Shown one piece after another: positions 37,481-46,354 of a stretch of DNA of 64,000 bases. The notes under the pieces were generated by a model. That model saw only the letters and a program-made list of their open reading frames with translations. It was not told where the DNA came from and did no database searches. How positions within the stretch are numbered: the first letter of the stretch is position 1; every line of letters begins with the position of its first letter. The translations under genes were made by a program, and so were the position numbers. The stretch lies in the sequence record NC_048668.1. One strand, written 5' to 3'.

Positions 37481-38723
37481 ATGTTAGAGTCAATAATGAC
37501 TGTGCTTGAGAAATTCAACCACATTGCAAAAGACAACATGTTACTTAGCGTGTTGTTTGGCGGCTCTGGGGTGATGTTGATTACAGCGGTGGTGAAGGGC
37601 TTACCATCTAAGTTATTCAACTTCTTCTTACACCACCTCACTACACGCATCAACATGGAGACAATCTTCAACTATACGCACTTTTCTAACTTTGAAGAGT
37701 GGTTCTCCAGTAGTAAGTGGGTTCGCTACGTACGTTCGGTACAGCCGTCAGTAACGGGTAACGGCAAACAGTCAGCCGGGATGGGGACTCATTGGTTCTT
37801 CTATAAATGCAGACCTGTTAAGTTCACTAAGAAGATGGTGCAGAGCAATGGGTCGTAATGATGGGTCAATGGATATGGAATTCCGATTCTTTACCCGTAA
37901 CCATGCACTCATTGATCAGTTCTTTGCCGAGATATCTCGGTCGCCAGATCGTAACACGCACACGTTCATCTCAGAACAAGGTGCAGGTGCCTCGGTTAAG
38001 ATACCCAGTCGAGATCTCGATACGGTAGTTATCGATGCTGAGACTAAATCGAAGATCATCACTACAATTGATAACTTCAGGAAGAACCGTCAGTGGTACT
38101 ACGACCGTGGTATTCCTTATAAGTTAGTCATCCTTCTTCACGGTTTGCCTGGTACGGGTAAGACGTCATTGATCCGTAGTATCGCAGGTTATCTGAAGAT
38201 GGATATCATGGTGTTCGACCCACGTCGCGACCCTTACAACATTGGCGCCAATCTACGCGGATTGTGGCCAGGGTACATTGGAGTTATCGAGGACATTAAC
38301 GCCAAACCAATGTCTAAGGACTTAGCGATTGAGCGGGAACCAGATCCTTTCTCTCCAGTAAACTCCCCTGCATCCAATAAGCCGCCTATCAACGAAGTTG
38401 ACATGAAGTCCATGTTGAACGCGTTGGACGGGCCAGTGCCGTTGGACGATAAGATCATCTTCATTACGTCTAACCACGTAGAGGAGTTGGATCCTACCTT
38501 TATTCGGCCAGGTCGTATTGATCTTTCCATCGAGATCAAACCACTGACCTACAAGGAAGTTAATGAGTTCAGTATCCTTAATTACGGCCGTGGCATTTCT
38601 GATGATGAGTCATATGGTACAATCACCGGTGCTGCACTTCAACAGATCATGTTGGATAACATCGGTGATTTCGATGGCTTCTACAAAACACTTAAAACAA
38701 AACTTTCCGAAGAGGTAGCGTAA
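37481..38723 (+). CDS. BCS1-like AAA+ ATPase with N-terminal membrane anchor, about 413 aa, split at GGG 37850-37852
   Basis: 5' part has a TM segment and GMGTHWFFYK.R (BCS1_N-like). 3' part has WYYDRGIPYK..ILLHGLPGTGKTS, EDI, LNALDG and ITSNH.E.LDP..IRPGRID. Confidence 0.8.
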
Positions 38724-39157
38724 TGTTTTCACCCATGTTCGAGATGATCGGTAACTTCCTCAACGGTTGTCCTCGGTCTTTCATCACTACCGACGGTTCA
38801 GTGACGCTGGAAGAAATGAAAGGGTGGTTTGGTAACGGTTACAATATCGTTGTTTTTACTCCCCCGGAAGATACTTCCAAATCACGTTCTTACCTCGCTA
38901 AGATGTTTGAGCAGGACGCCGCTGAATTAGAAAGCGAAGAAGGTGAGAATAAGATTTACTTCTACGAGTCAGAGGAAACCGACAGCTATCTGGATATGGC
39001 TATTCTGGTTTCCACCGACGCGTTGGTTGAGTTCTCTCGTTACATTGATGTTGACGACAAGAATTTCAGCTACATCAACGCTACCATCAAAAAGTGCCGT
39101 GGTTACGAATCTTACGGTAAAGTCACGCTACAACTACCAATGGGGTATCCGCTGTGA
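38723..39157 (+). CDS. Hypothetical protein
   Basis: TAATG coupling; 144 aa. Confidence 0.7.
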   Translation: MFSPMFEMIGNFLNGCPRSFITTDGSVTLEEMKGWFGNGYNIVVFTPPEDTSKSRSYLAKMFEQDAAELESEEGENKIYFYESEETDSYLDMAILVSTDALVEFSRYIDVDDKNFSYINATIKKCRGYESYGKVTLQLPMGYPL

Positions 39158-39546
39158 TCGAATACGTTATCTCAGAAACACATATCACTGACAAGACAAA
39201 GAAACGCCTGAGTGAACAACTCGGCGAAGGTCGGGAGATTACTGCGGTTCTCTCCTTCGATCAGTCTTACGTCATGGAACGTAAAGGCCCTGACTTTTCT
39301 GGTCTGCTGGTAATCACCGGGCCACTGCTGGAATACCATATCTTCCGTAAGGTCGGTATGAAGTTCGTTCATGCAGGAGCCATGAAAACCTCCATTTCAA
39401 CCGTGTCGCTCAGCGATGATAACTACAACGCGATGGCCGGTCTGGGAGTGGAGGATAAACTCACCGCTCTTTCCCATAAGGTCAAAGAGCTCCACCCACA
39501 TATCCTCGCTTACTTTAAGACGGAGGAAATGAAAGGAGTACTCTGA
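39154..39546 (+). CDS. Hypothetical protein
   Basis: GTGA overlap; 130 aa. Confidence 0.65.
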   Translation: MIEYVISETHITDKTKKRLSEQLGEGREITAVLSFDQSYVMERKGPDFSGLLVITGPLLEYHIFRKVGMKFVHAGAMKTSISTVSLSDDNYNAMAGLGVEDKLTALSHKVKELHPHILAYFKTEEMKGVL

Positions 39547-39935
39547 TGAAGAAGTTGATCATCGGCGTTGTTGCGTTGATGCTGGCGGTTTCGTTCAGCA
39601 TCTCGTTTAGCTACGCAAAAGATCCGGTCGTGTTCCGTGAGGGCTATATCTTCGAAGCTATATTCACGGGTGACGTAGTCCACGTTAAAACTTTTGACTC
39701 CGGGGTTAATTGTACTTACGATAGTCGGGTTGATAACGTAGATGAGTTCGAAGGTAAATACTACACGATGCGGTACAGCTGCTGGATCATTCCTGCCAAG
39801 CACTTTAACAGCGTTCATCTGACTTACTACTACGACTCGGACACCTTTAATCTGATCTATCGGAGAAACTCGAAAGGAGAGATCATTTACGAAGGGATTT
39901 GGGACGCTAAGGATGTGCTCGATGTACGCCAGTAA
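39546..39935 (+). CDS. Secreted two-cysteine protein (paralogue family member 1)
   Basis: Sec signal ending SYA; NC...GKYY..RYSC. Confidence 0.7.
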   Translation: MKKLIIGVVALMLAVSFSISFSYAKDPVVFREGYIFEAIFTGDVVHVKTFDSGVNCTYDSRVDNVDEFEGKYYTMRYSCWIIPAKHFNSVHLTYYYDSDTFNLIYRRNSKGEIIYEGIWDAKDVLDVRQ

Positions 39936-40308
39936 AGCCCTCCTTGATCTGGAAGGGATACAGGTGCTGCAGGTTGACAAGGAAGTCAATCTACGTACGC
40001 TAGTGAGCTATTACCCCGTACCTGACGCTCGGGATATTCTCCGCGCAATAGGTCACCCTTGGGTGGAAATAAAGAGCGACTATCGATCCATCTTCTACTG
40101 CACGCTACGCAAAGGTACAGACCAGAAGCGGTCGTTCATGGATTCGGCTAAGGTGAATAGTTTCTTGAGCAAAGCCAAGGTCGAGGGTAAGGGTGCATTA
40201 CTCATCGTCCGCGGTTCACTGGTCTATTCAGAGGCCAAGGAAGGCGTTAAACGTAAAGTGCGAGTCTACCGTAATCAACTGGGAAATATAACGGAAGTGC
40301 TATTGTGA
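39922..40308 (+). CDS. Hypothetical protein
   Basis: AAGGA RBS before ATG 39922. Confidence 0.65.
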   Translation: MYASKALLDLEGIQVLQVDKEVNLRTLVSYYPVPDARDILRAIGHPWVEIKSDYRSIFYCTLRKGTDQKRSFMDSAKVNSFLSKAKVEGKGALLIVRGSLVYSEAKEGVKRKVRVYRNQLGNITEVLL

Positions 40309-40577
40309 TGAAACCTTCAAGTAAGAGTATTATCATTTCGTGGGTGGTGGCGATCATGTATATTCTTTACATCGTTGCCCTGATGGTATCGCCATTACAT
40401 TGGCTACCGTGGATCATCGTTGTTCGAGTGACTCCTTTTATTGGTATTTGGCTCTACGATCGTTACAAGGGAAACAAATCCCACGGGTTCTTCTCATACG
40501 TGCTTATGCCGCAAGGTATACTGTCCATAGCGATCTTAAACTTCAAACATGATGTCAAGTACGTCTTTGGCAAATAA
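40305..40577 (+). CDS. Membrane protein
   Basis: Three hydrophobic segments. Confidence 0.65.
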   Translation: MMKPSSKSIIISWVVAIMYILYIVALMVSPLHWLPWIIVVRVTPFIGIWLYDRYKGNKSHGFFSYVLMPQGILSIAILNFKHDVKYVFGK

Positions 40578-40588
40578 ACGCACAGAAG

Positions 40589-40616
40589 CTCTCCTAGGGA
40601 TCATTCCCTAGGAGAG
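40589..40616 (+). terminator. Terminator hairpin
   Basis: CTCTCCTAGGGA / TCCCTAGGAGAG. Confidence 0.7.
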
Positions 40617-40627
40617 TCCTATTATAT

Positions 40628-40659
40628 CCATTTCCAATTTTTTTGGTGTCTATATAACC
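40628..40659 (+). repeat. 32-bp exact repeat copy A = early-promoter-like motif copy 5
   Basis: CCATTTCCAATTTTTTTGGTGTCTATATAACC, identical to 62496-62527. Confidence 0.9.
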
Positions 40660-40715
40660 AGCGCGAAGGTCTATAGTAAAGCCTTCTTTTCAAAACATTA
40701 CAAAAGGGAAAACTT

Positions 40716-41234
40716 ATGTTAAAGCGAGTAAAGTCCTATTTACTTGGGGTTATCAACAACTACCGAGTAGATAAGGCTATGAAGGAGGACATGGACGGGA
40801 GGGCGTGTTACGTGGTAGGTATCACGTTAGATCGTTTTTGGGAGGAGCCTGAGTTAAAGTTGTTTAATAAAATACATTTAGACGACTTAACCATGACCAT
40901 CAAAGATCTGTCTCCTGAGGAGATCGTAGATAAATCCATGTTTCTCTATAACCTATTCTCTAAAGCCTACCAAAGCAACTTTGTGAAGCTTCTGGCAATA
41001 GGTACTATCATCTACACTTTCCCGAAACAGTCACTTATTCTACTAATACTTTCAGCGTTGATTTCATTCTACATAATGCTGGTTAAGGAACGTAGATTGA
41101 TCACTATCGACTTAGTCATGAAACACGAGCATAAAGAGTTGGACGACCTAACTCGTCCAACTCTGGTTATGTGCTTTAAATCACTAGTCGTTCGGTTACT
41201 ACCTAAGATAAAGCGGAGGTTAAACATCAGTTAA
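40716..41234 (+). CDS. AT-rich hypothetical protein with hydrophobic segment
   Basis: AAAGGG RBS; directly behind the 32-bp repeat; many TTA/CTA/ATA codons. Confidence 0.65.
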   Translation: MLKRVKSYLLGVINNYRVDKAMKEDMDGRACYVVGITLDRFWEEPELKLFNKIHLDDLTMTIKDLSPEEIVDKSMFLYNLFSKAYQSNFVKLLAIGTIIYTFPKQSLILLILSALISFYIMLVKERRLITIDLVMKHEHKELDDLTRPTLVMCFKSLVVRLLPKIKRRLNIS

Positions 41235-41326
41235 ACCAACAAGGGGAGCTTAGGGAATCGGAAGTTTCTTAGGCTCTCCTCATAACAATACTTTATACCT
41301 AAAATTTTACAAATGGAGATCTAATA

Positions 41327-41647
41327 ATGAAAACAATCATTACCGTACTAACTACTGTTCTTATTGCAACTGTACCTTTCCTTCCTAAAGCGGAAGCAAG
41401 CAACGTCTACCATACCGACAAGGGCGTTACATTCACCATTGATGGTAAGTTAGCAGAAATCGAGCAGAATGGTAAAGTCACCAAGTGCGCTTTGGTAATC
41501 AGTAAAGATGCTACCTCTGCCTGGAAATGCAGCAACGGCAAGCAGCTCTGGATTCGTAACAAGCCGGAAAGTGAACTGATCACGTTCGCTATCTTCGATC
41601 AGAAAGACGACTACCCGGACTTCATTGATTCGGTTCTGAAGAAATAA
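41327..41647 (+). CDS. Secreted two-cysteine protein (member 2)
   Basis: Signal peptide ending AEA; KC...WKC. Confidence 0.7.
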   Translation: MKTIITVLTTVLIATVPFLPKAEASNVYHTDKGVTFTIDGKLAEIEQNGKVTKCALVISKDATSAWKCSNGKQLWIRNKPESELITFAIFDQKDDYPDFIDSVLKK

Positions 41648-41658
41648 CCAAAAAATAC

Positions 41659-41676
41659 GGAGGGGAAATCCCCTCC
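41659..41676 (+). terminator. Terminator hairpin
   Basis: GGAGGGG-AAAT-CCCCTCC. Confidence 0.7.
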
Positions 41677-41722
41677 TTTAATAACTAAATACAAACACTT
41701 TAAACTTAAAAAGGAAATAACA

Positions 41723-42175
41723 ATGAACCCGATCCAACACCTCAAGAAATTCGTTAAGTCAGACGTAGAAGGTCATGCTTTCATCGCGCTGTCTGATTCA
41801 CCTTTCCAGACCGCAATTGTAAAATGCATTCTTGGGAACGAATTCGGCGAAGCGTTTGAATTGGCCAAGGCTAATAAAAACTCATTCAAATTCTTCGAAA
41901 TAAAAGAACAGAAATATGCCGTAGTGGTGGCCAACGAATACGACTTCACAACCTACATGGACTTACCTGGACTAGTGAACCTGGAAACTGAACTGGGAAC
42001 TCGCGTAATCGTCTTTGGAGAGTATGCCCAAGGCGAAGTGCTGGGTAACCTGTTAATCGCTGTTGGGGCTTCCTGGTACGGTTTTACGGCGCCATGGAAA
42101 CATCACAACGATGCTCTCCATTATGTCACTTCCAGATATGCCGGTTGTGAAATGGCTCAGTGCAAAATTGCTTAA
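41723..42175 (+). CDS. Hypothetical protein
   Basis: AAGGA RBS; 150 aa. Confidence 0.7.
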   Translation: MNPIQHLKKFVKSDVEGHAFIALSDSPFQTAIVKCILGNEFGEAFELAKANKNSFKFFEIKEQKYAVVVANEYDFTTYMDLPGLVNLETELGTRVIVFGEYAQGEVLGNLLIAVGASWYGFTAPWKHHNDALHYVTSRYAGCEMAQCKIA

Positions 42176-42183
42176 CAAACTTT

Positions 42184-42206
42184 ACTAGGGGACATGTTCC
42201 CCTAGT
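42184..42206 (+). terminator. Terminator hairpin
   Basis: ACTAGGGGA / TCCCCTAGT. Confidence 0.65.
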
Positions 42207-42244
42207 TTATTCTCACTTGTCCCAATCTTAATTAGGAAAACCAA

Positions 42245-42604
42245 ATGAAACTCATCCACGCTATCTTCGCTATCGCTCTTCTGACTTTTGCTGGTTCTGC
42301 TTATGCTAACAACTATCGTCTGTACGATGACTACAGCAATGAGATTACTCTTCGCGGTAACCTGCTGAAAATTAAGAACGACGCACACGGCGGTGTTACT
42401 CGTTGTACCTTCAACGAAAACATCACGGGTAAAGAAAGTGATGGTACAACTTACCGTGGCGCTAACTACCTTTGTGGCGGTAAGATGTGGGCTACCTTCA
42501 CCACTAACCAAGAACGTCACACTGTAGAGGTTAGCGTCTTCCTGTACAAAGATACTCTCTACACCAAAGAACTGCCGCTGGCTGCTCTTGAACTCATCGA
42601 CTAA
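42245..42604 (+). CDS. Secreted two-cysteine protein (member 3)
   Basis: Signal peptide ending AYA; RC...YLC. Confidence 0.75.
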   Translation: MKLIHAIFAIALLTFAGSAYANNYRLYDDYSNEITLRGNLLKIKNDAHGGVTRCTFNENITGKESDGTTYRGANYLCGGKMWATFTTNQERHTVEVSVFLYKDTLYTKELPLAALELID

Positions 42605-42622
42605 TCAATAAGGCAATCTGAC

Positions 42623-42964
42623 ATGAACCGTTTTATCATCGTATTACTGGCTTTGATTTCTTTTAGCGCTTATGCTGACACCACGACCCTTAGTGAGGGA
42701 ACTGACTTTAATGCCGTGATCGGTGATAAAACCTCAGTCGTTAATTACGACGACCAGACCCTGTATTGTGAATTAGAGAAGACCAGCCGGGAACTCGATT
42801 CAGAATACGGCAAGTATCAACTGAAACTCTATAGCTGTGGCGCCAACATCATGTTCGCCCACAAGACCTACGACAGCCAACCTTTCACGCAAGCTATCAT
42901 CGGTGACAAGGCAACCAATGTAGTTTACTACAGCAACTACTTCAATAAGGAAACAACTAAATGA
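42623..42964 (+). CDS. Secreted two-cysteine protein (member 4)
   Basis: Signal peptide ending AYA; YC...GKY..KLYSC. Confidence 0.75.
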   Translation: MNRFIIVLLALISFSAYADTTTLSEGTDFNAVIGDKTSVVNYDDQTLYCELEKTSRELDSEYGKYQLKLYSCGANIMFAHKTYDSQPFTQAIIGDKATNVVYYSNYFNKETTK

Positions 42965-43326
42965 AATTCGTTATCGCGTTATTCGTAGCCGTACTGTCCC
43001 TGGCGTCTTTCTCTGCCAATGCAAGTCTGATCCATATGAGCGATGCACCTGAATACGATTTCGTAGTAGGTGACACTACTGCTCGGGTCAAAAACCTGCA
43101 AACCAATAAAACCTCTCGCTGTACGCTGATGTACAATGACAACGGTATCGATAAAGATAACCTAGTCTACGTCGTTAGCTTCTTCCAATGCGATGCAGGA
43201 TTCGAGCTGATGGCCAAGATCACAACCGAGAACGGCAACATCATCGTAGCCATGATTCGTAACGGTGCCAATAAAGAGTTCTATCGCAAGTACGCTCCTA
43301 AAGGTACTTGGGTTGTCATGAACTAA
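42961..43326 (+). CDS. Secreted two-cysteine protein (member 5)
   Basis: Signal peptide ending ANA; RC...FQC. Confidence 0.75.
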   Translation: MKFVIALFVAVLSLASFSANASLIHMSDAPEYDFVVGDTTARVKNLQTNKTSRCTLMYNDNGIDKDNLVYVVSFFQCDAGFELMAKITTENGNIIVAMIRNGANKEFYRKYAPKGTWVVMN

Positions 43327-43330
43327 ACCG

Positions 43331-43358
43331 ATCCCTCTACCTATCCGGGTAGGGGGAT
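43331..43358 (+). terminator. Terminator hairpin
   Basis: ATCCCTCTACC / GGTAGGGGGAT followed by TTATTTT. Confidence 0.65.
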
Positions 43359-43454
43359 TATTTTACGTATTACTCTTTTATTTTTTATGAACGCGAAACG
43401 TTTCTGAACTCCCCCGTTTCAGAAACCTCTTAATCTCCCGCTAAGGTGGTACAG

Positions 43455-44231
43455 ATGGGTCGTCAAAAAGCCGCGACAGTTAAACGTCGCGATGTTCGTA
43501 AAGCAAAAAGACAAAACAACCGTGGCATTGATAATCTGGTAGAGTTCCCGACTGCCGGTGGTCACGACGTTATCGGCATGGCTAAAGAGAAGCGCGATAC
43601 AAGCCCTCTGGAGCCACGTAACGATAACCAAGCGCAATACCTTAACGCTTTAGAACTAAGCAACATCGTCGTTTCTACGGGCTCCGCTGGTGCAGGTAAA
43701 ACCTATATCTGCGCTGCCTGGGCAGCTGATCGTCTTCTGGCAAAAGAGACTGATCGGATTATCGTAACGCGTCCTGTGTTGACTGCTGAAGAAGATCTGG
43801 GTTTCTTGCCCGGTGACATCTCCGAAAAATTCCGCCCGTTCTTCCGTCCAGTTTACGACGTGTTGCGTAAACGCCTGGGTAATAGCTTCCTCGAGTATTG
43901 CCTGAAACCGATGATCGAGAAAGTCGAGATTGCACCTTTCGCTTATATGCGTGGTCGTACATTCGATGATGCGGTTGTCATTCTGGACGAAGCTCAGAAC
44001 GTTACTGTCAACCAGATGCGTCTCTTCATTACGCGTATCGGCATGAACTCCACTGTAATTATCAATGGCGACATTGAGCAGTGCGATCTGCCAAACAAAA
44101 ACGATTCAGGTCTGCTTGATCTGATTCGTCGTATTGAAGAACGGGATATTGACATTCCCGTAATCAAGTTCGTTAAGGATGACTGCGTGCGTTCACCGAT
44201 CTGTCAGCTGGGTCTGGAGATTTATTCGTAA
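43455..44231 (+). CDS. phoH: PhoH-family ATPase
   Basis: MGRQKA start, G.AG.GKT, RIIVTRP, LGFLPGD..EKF, AYMRGRTF, ILDEAQN and GD..QCDL motifs. Confidence 0.95.
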   Translation: MGRQKAATVKRRDVRKAKRQNNRGIDNLVEFPTAGGHDVIGMAKEKRDTSPLEPRNDNQAQYLNALELSNIVVSTGSAGAGKTYICAAWAADRLLAKETDRIIVTRPVLTAEEDLGFLPGDISEKFRPFFRPVYDVLRKRLGNSFLEYCLKPMIEKVEIAPFAYMRGRTFDDAVVILDEAQNVTVNQMRLFITRIGMNSTVIINGDIEQCDLPNKNDSGLLDLIRRIEERDIDIPVIKFVKDDCVRSPICQLGLEIYS

Positions 44232-44237
44232 CCATTG

Positions 44238-44261
44238 GGTAGAGGGCTTCGGCTCTCTACC
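44238..44261 (+). terminator. Terminator hairpin (TTCG loop)
   Basis: GGTAGAGGGC-TTCG-GCTCTCTACC. Confidence 0.75.
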
Positions 44262-44300
44262 TTATTCGAATTCTTTTCAGAACTATATCACTTATTTGAA
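44261..44300 (+). promoter_or_regulatory. Early-promoter-like motif copy 6
   Basis: CTTATTCGAA-N12-CTATATCACTTATTTGAA. Confidence 0.6.
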
Positions 44301-44335
44301 TGAACATTTAATAAAACATATTGGAGTTTTTAAAG

Positions 44336-44452
44336 ATGGGTGATTTCTTGGACTTTATCATGGGTGCTATTCTTTGTTCTGCTGCTGCGGGGGAATTGGA
44401 CGAAGAAGAGGAAGAGCTGGAAGTTGAAGAAGTAGAGGATGAAGACGATTAA
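44336..44452 (+). CDS. Highly acidic 38-aa peptide (not in ORF track)
   Basis: GGAG RBS; MGDFLDFIMGAILCSAAAGELDEEEEELEVEEVEDEDD; lies between a promoter and a terminator. Confidence 0.6.
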   Translation: MGDFLDFIMGAILCSAAAGELDEEEEELEVEEVEDEDD

Positions 44453-44463
44453 GTTCGTTCTTC

Positions 44464-44483
44464 GGCAGGGGTAGTTCCCTGCC
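44464..44483 (+). terminator. Terminator hairpin
   Basis: GGCAGGG / CCCTGCC followed by a T tract. Confidence 0.7.
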
Positions 44484-44519
44484 CTCTATTTTTTGTTTTG
44501 TCTAATAAGGAGATTCGTT

Positions 44520-44804
44520 GTGCCCCGTTTACTTACGTTGATTGTTCCGATTTATGCTGCTGCACTTACTTATATTTTCTCAGTGATCTACAAAGACCTC
44601 AGTGAAGATACACTCATGGTTATTACTACGCTGGGTTTCTCCGGAGTAGTCGTTTGCATTATGCTTTATAGCTACGGTATCTTCCGTAGTACGAATCGCC
44701 TCAAGGCGTGGCTGGAGAAAGGGTACTTGGATTACCTGTCGATGATCCCAAGTATTTCATTCGCCGTTTCATTAACGATCCTTTTCTACATCATGGACAT
44801 TTAA
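44520..44804 (+). CDS. Membrane protein
   Basis: AAGGAG RBS, GTG start; three TM segments. Confidence 0.65.
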   Translation: MPRLLTLIVPIYAAALTYIFSVIYKDLSEDTLMVITTLGFSGVVVCIMLYSYGIFRSTNRLKAWLEKGYLDYLSMIPSISFAVSLTILFYIMDI

Positions 44805-44805
44805 A

Positions 44806-45135
44806 ATGATAGAGTATATTCGTTCTGAGAATTTCCTGTCTGGCTTTTACTTCGTTCTCTTCGTGGTGTCAACCTTCACGTTCATCGGGATTCGTCACTC
44901 TGAAGTCATTGGTCAGTTGACTAGAGCGACGACTTGGGTGTTGGTCGCAGCTGGTCTTATGACTATCTTTGGTTTTGTGGTTATCGCACCTATTACTAAA
45001 GACTGGAGTCATCTCGGCTTCCTGCCCTTCACTTCGTTCCTCGGTTACGTTGTAGCCAGGATCACTACGTCGATGGAGAACGAGAGAGTCGATAACAAGT
45101 CTAAACGACGGAGCATTCACCATGCTAAAGACTGA
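44806..45135 (+). CDS. Membrane protein
   Basis: Three TM segments. Confidence 0.65.
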   Translation: MIEYIRSENFLSGFYFVLFVVSTFTFIGIRHSEVIGQLTRATTWVLVAAGLMTIFGFVVIAPITKDWSHLGFLPFTSFLGYVVARITTSMENERVDNKSKRRSIHHAKD

Positions 45136-45421
45136 CCAAAAATACCCGCGTCGTGGCGGGGCGGTAGAGAACTTAATCTACCTCGTGCAATTCGTGGTGG
45201 TTGTCTTTGGGTACTTCCAGTTCTTGGTTGAGTCTGAAGACATTTACAACCAACTGGTCTTTATTTTCATTGCGTCGATTATCATTGAGAATCTGGCAGT
45301 ACTGTGGATTCTCCGTGCTAAGATCGTTACCTCGGTCACTAATGCAGTTATCTGGTGTGCATTGGGATCGGTACTGGGTTGCGTTATTACAGCCTGGTAC
45401 TTTGAGGTATTCACGCTTTAA
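45122..45421 (+). CDS. Membrane protein
   Basis: GGAG RBS; three TM segments. Confidence 0.65.
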   Translation: MLKTDQKYPRRGGAVENLIYLVQFVVVVFGYFQFLVESEDIYNQLVFIFIASIIIENLAVLWILRAKIVTSVTNAVIWCALGSVLGCVITAWYFEVFTL

Positions 45422-45433
45422 AGGAATCGCTAG

Positions 45434-46015
45434 ATGTCAAATCTTTACTTCTACTACGCTTCCATGAACTCAGGGAAATCGACCACGCTTATTCAGTCGG
45501 CTTACAACTACCGTGAACGCCGTATGCGTCCTCTGGTAATGAAGCCTGCAATCGATACGCGTGACTCTGAGCAAGAAGTCGTCAGTCGAATCGGCCTTCA
45601 CGTTGAAGCTGTCATCATCCGTGAAGAGATGGATCTTCCGAGCTATATCCGTAACGACATTTTGTTAAACGGAAAGCTGGATTGTATCCTGGTTGATGAG
45701 GCTCAATTCCTCACTGCTGCTCAAGTAAGTCAGTTAGCCTTCATTGTAGACGCTATGGATATCCCAGTGCTCTGCTATGGGCTGCGTAACGACTTCTGTG
45801 GCGAAGCGTTCCCTGGTTCTGCTCGACTGTTAGCAATGGCTGATAAGTTGGTAGAAATCAAATCGATCTGTTGGTGCGGTTCTAAATCTACTCACGTTCT
45901 CCGTTTGGATGGCGACGGTAAGGTTCTGCGTTCTGGCCCACAGGTTCAGATTGGGGGTAACGATAGCTACGTAGCTGTCTGCCGTAAACATTGGCGGGAG
46001 GGGAAATATGAGTAG
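45434..46015 (+). CDS. tdk: Thymidine kinase
   Basis: LYFYYASMNSGKST, ILVDEAQF, CYGLRNDF, C.CG.K and IGG..SY..VCR.H motifs. Confidence 0.95.
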   Translation: MSNLYFYYASMNSGKSTTLIQSAYNYRERRMRPLVMKPAIDTRDSEQEVVSRIGLHVEAVIIREEMDLPSYIRNDILLNGKLDCILVDEAQFLTAAQVSQLAFIVDAMDIPVLCYGLRNDFCGEAFPGSARLLAMADKLVEIKSICWCGSKSTHVLRLDGDGKVLRSGPQVQIGGNDSYVAVCRKHWREGKYE

Positions 46016-46256
46016 TGCGTGTAAGGTTGCCATTGCCGTTACACTGGCATGTTTGACGGTGTTAACTTTGGCACTCGCCGTTCCTAACTTTCACGATGTC
46101 GTTCCTTTCTGGATCGCACCTATCGCTTCGATCGTTTCTTTCATTGTAGCGGTCGGACTCTTCGTTAGTAAATACCGCGAGGTCAAATGGGCTATTATCG
46201 TCCAGTACGTTTCGCTGTACGTCTATATCGTGTCAGTTATCTGTATCAGTAACTAA
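46008..46256 (+). CDS. Membrane protein
   Basis: GGAGG RBS; three TM segments. Confidence 0.65.
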   Translation: MSSACKVAIAVTLACLTVLTLALAVPNFHDVVPFWIAPIASIVSFIVAVGLFVSKYREVKWAIIVQYVSLYVYIVSVICISN

Positions 46257-46260
46257 GCGT

Positions 46261-46284
46261 AGGGAGGGGTTAATTCCTCTCCCT
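46261..46284 (+). terminator. Terminator hairpin (TTAATT loop)
   Basis: AGGGAGGGG-TTAATT-CCTCTCCCT followed by TATTTTT. Confidence 0.75.
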
Positions 46285-46354
46285 TATTTTTAACCTAAAG
46301 GGAACGTATTATGAATAATGCGCATTTCTCCTGGCCTGATGAGTGGTACTGTTA

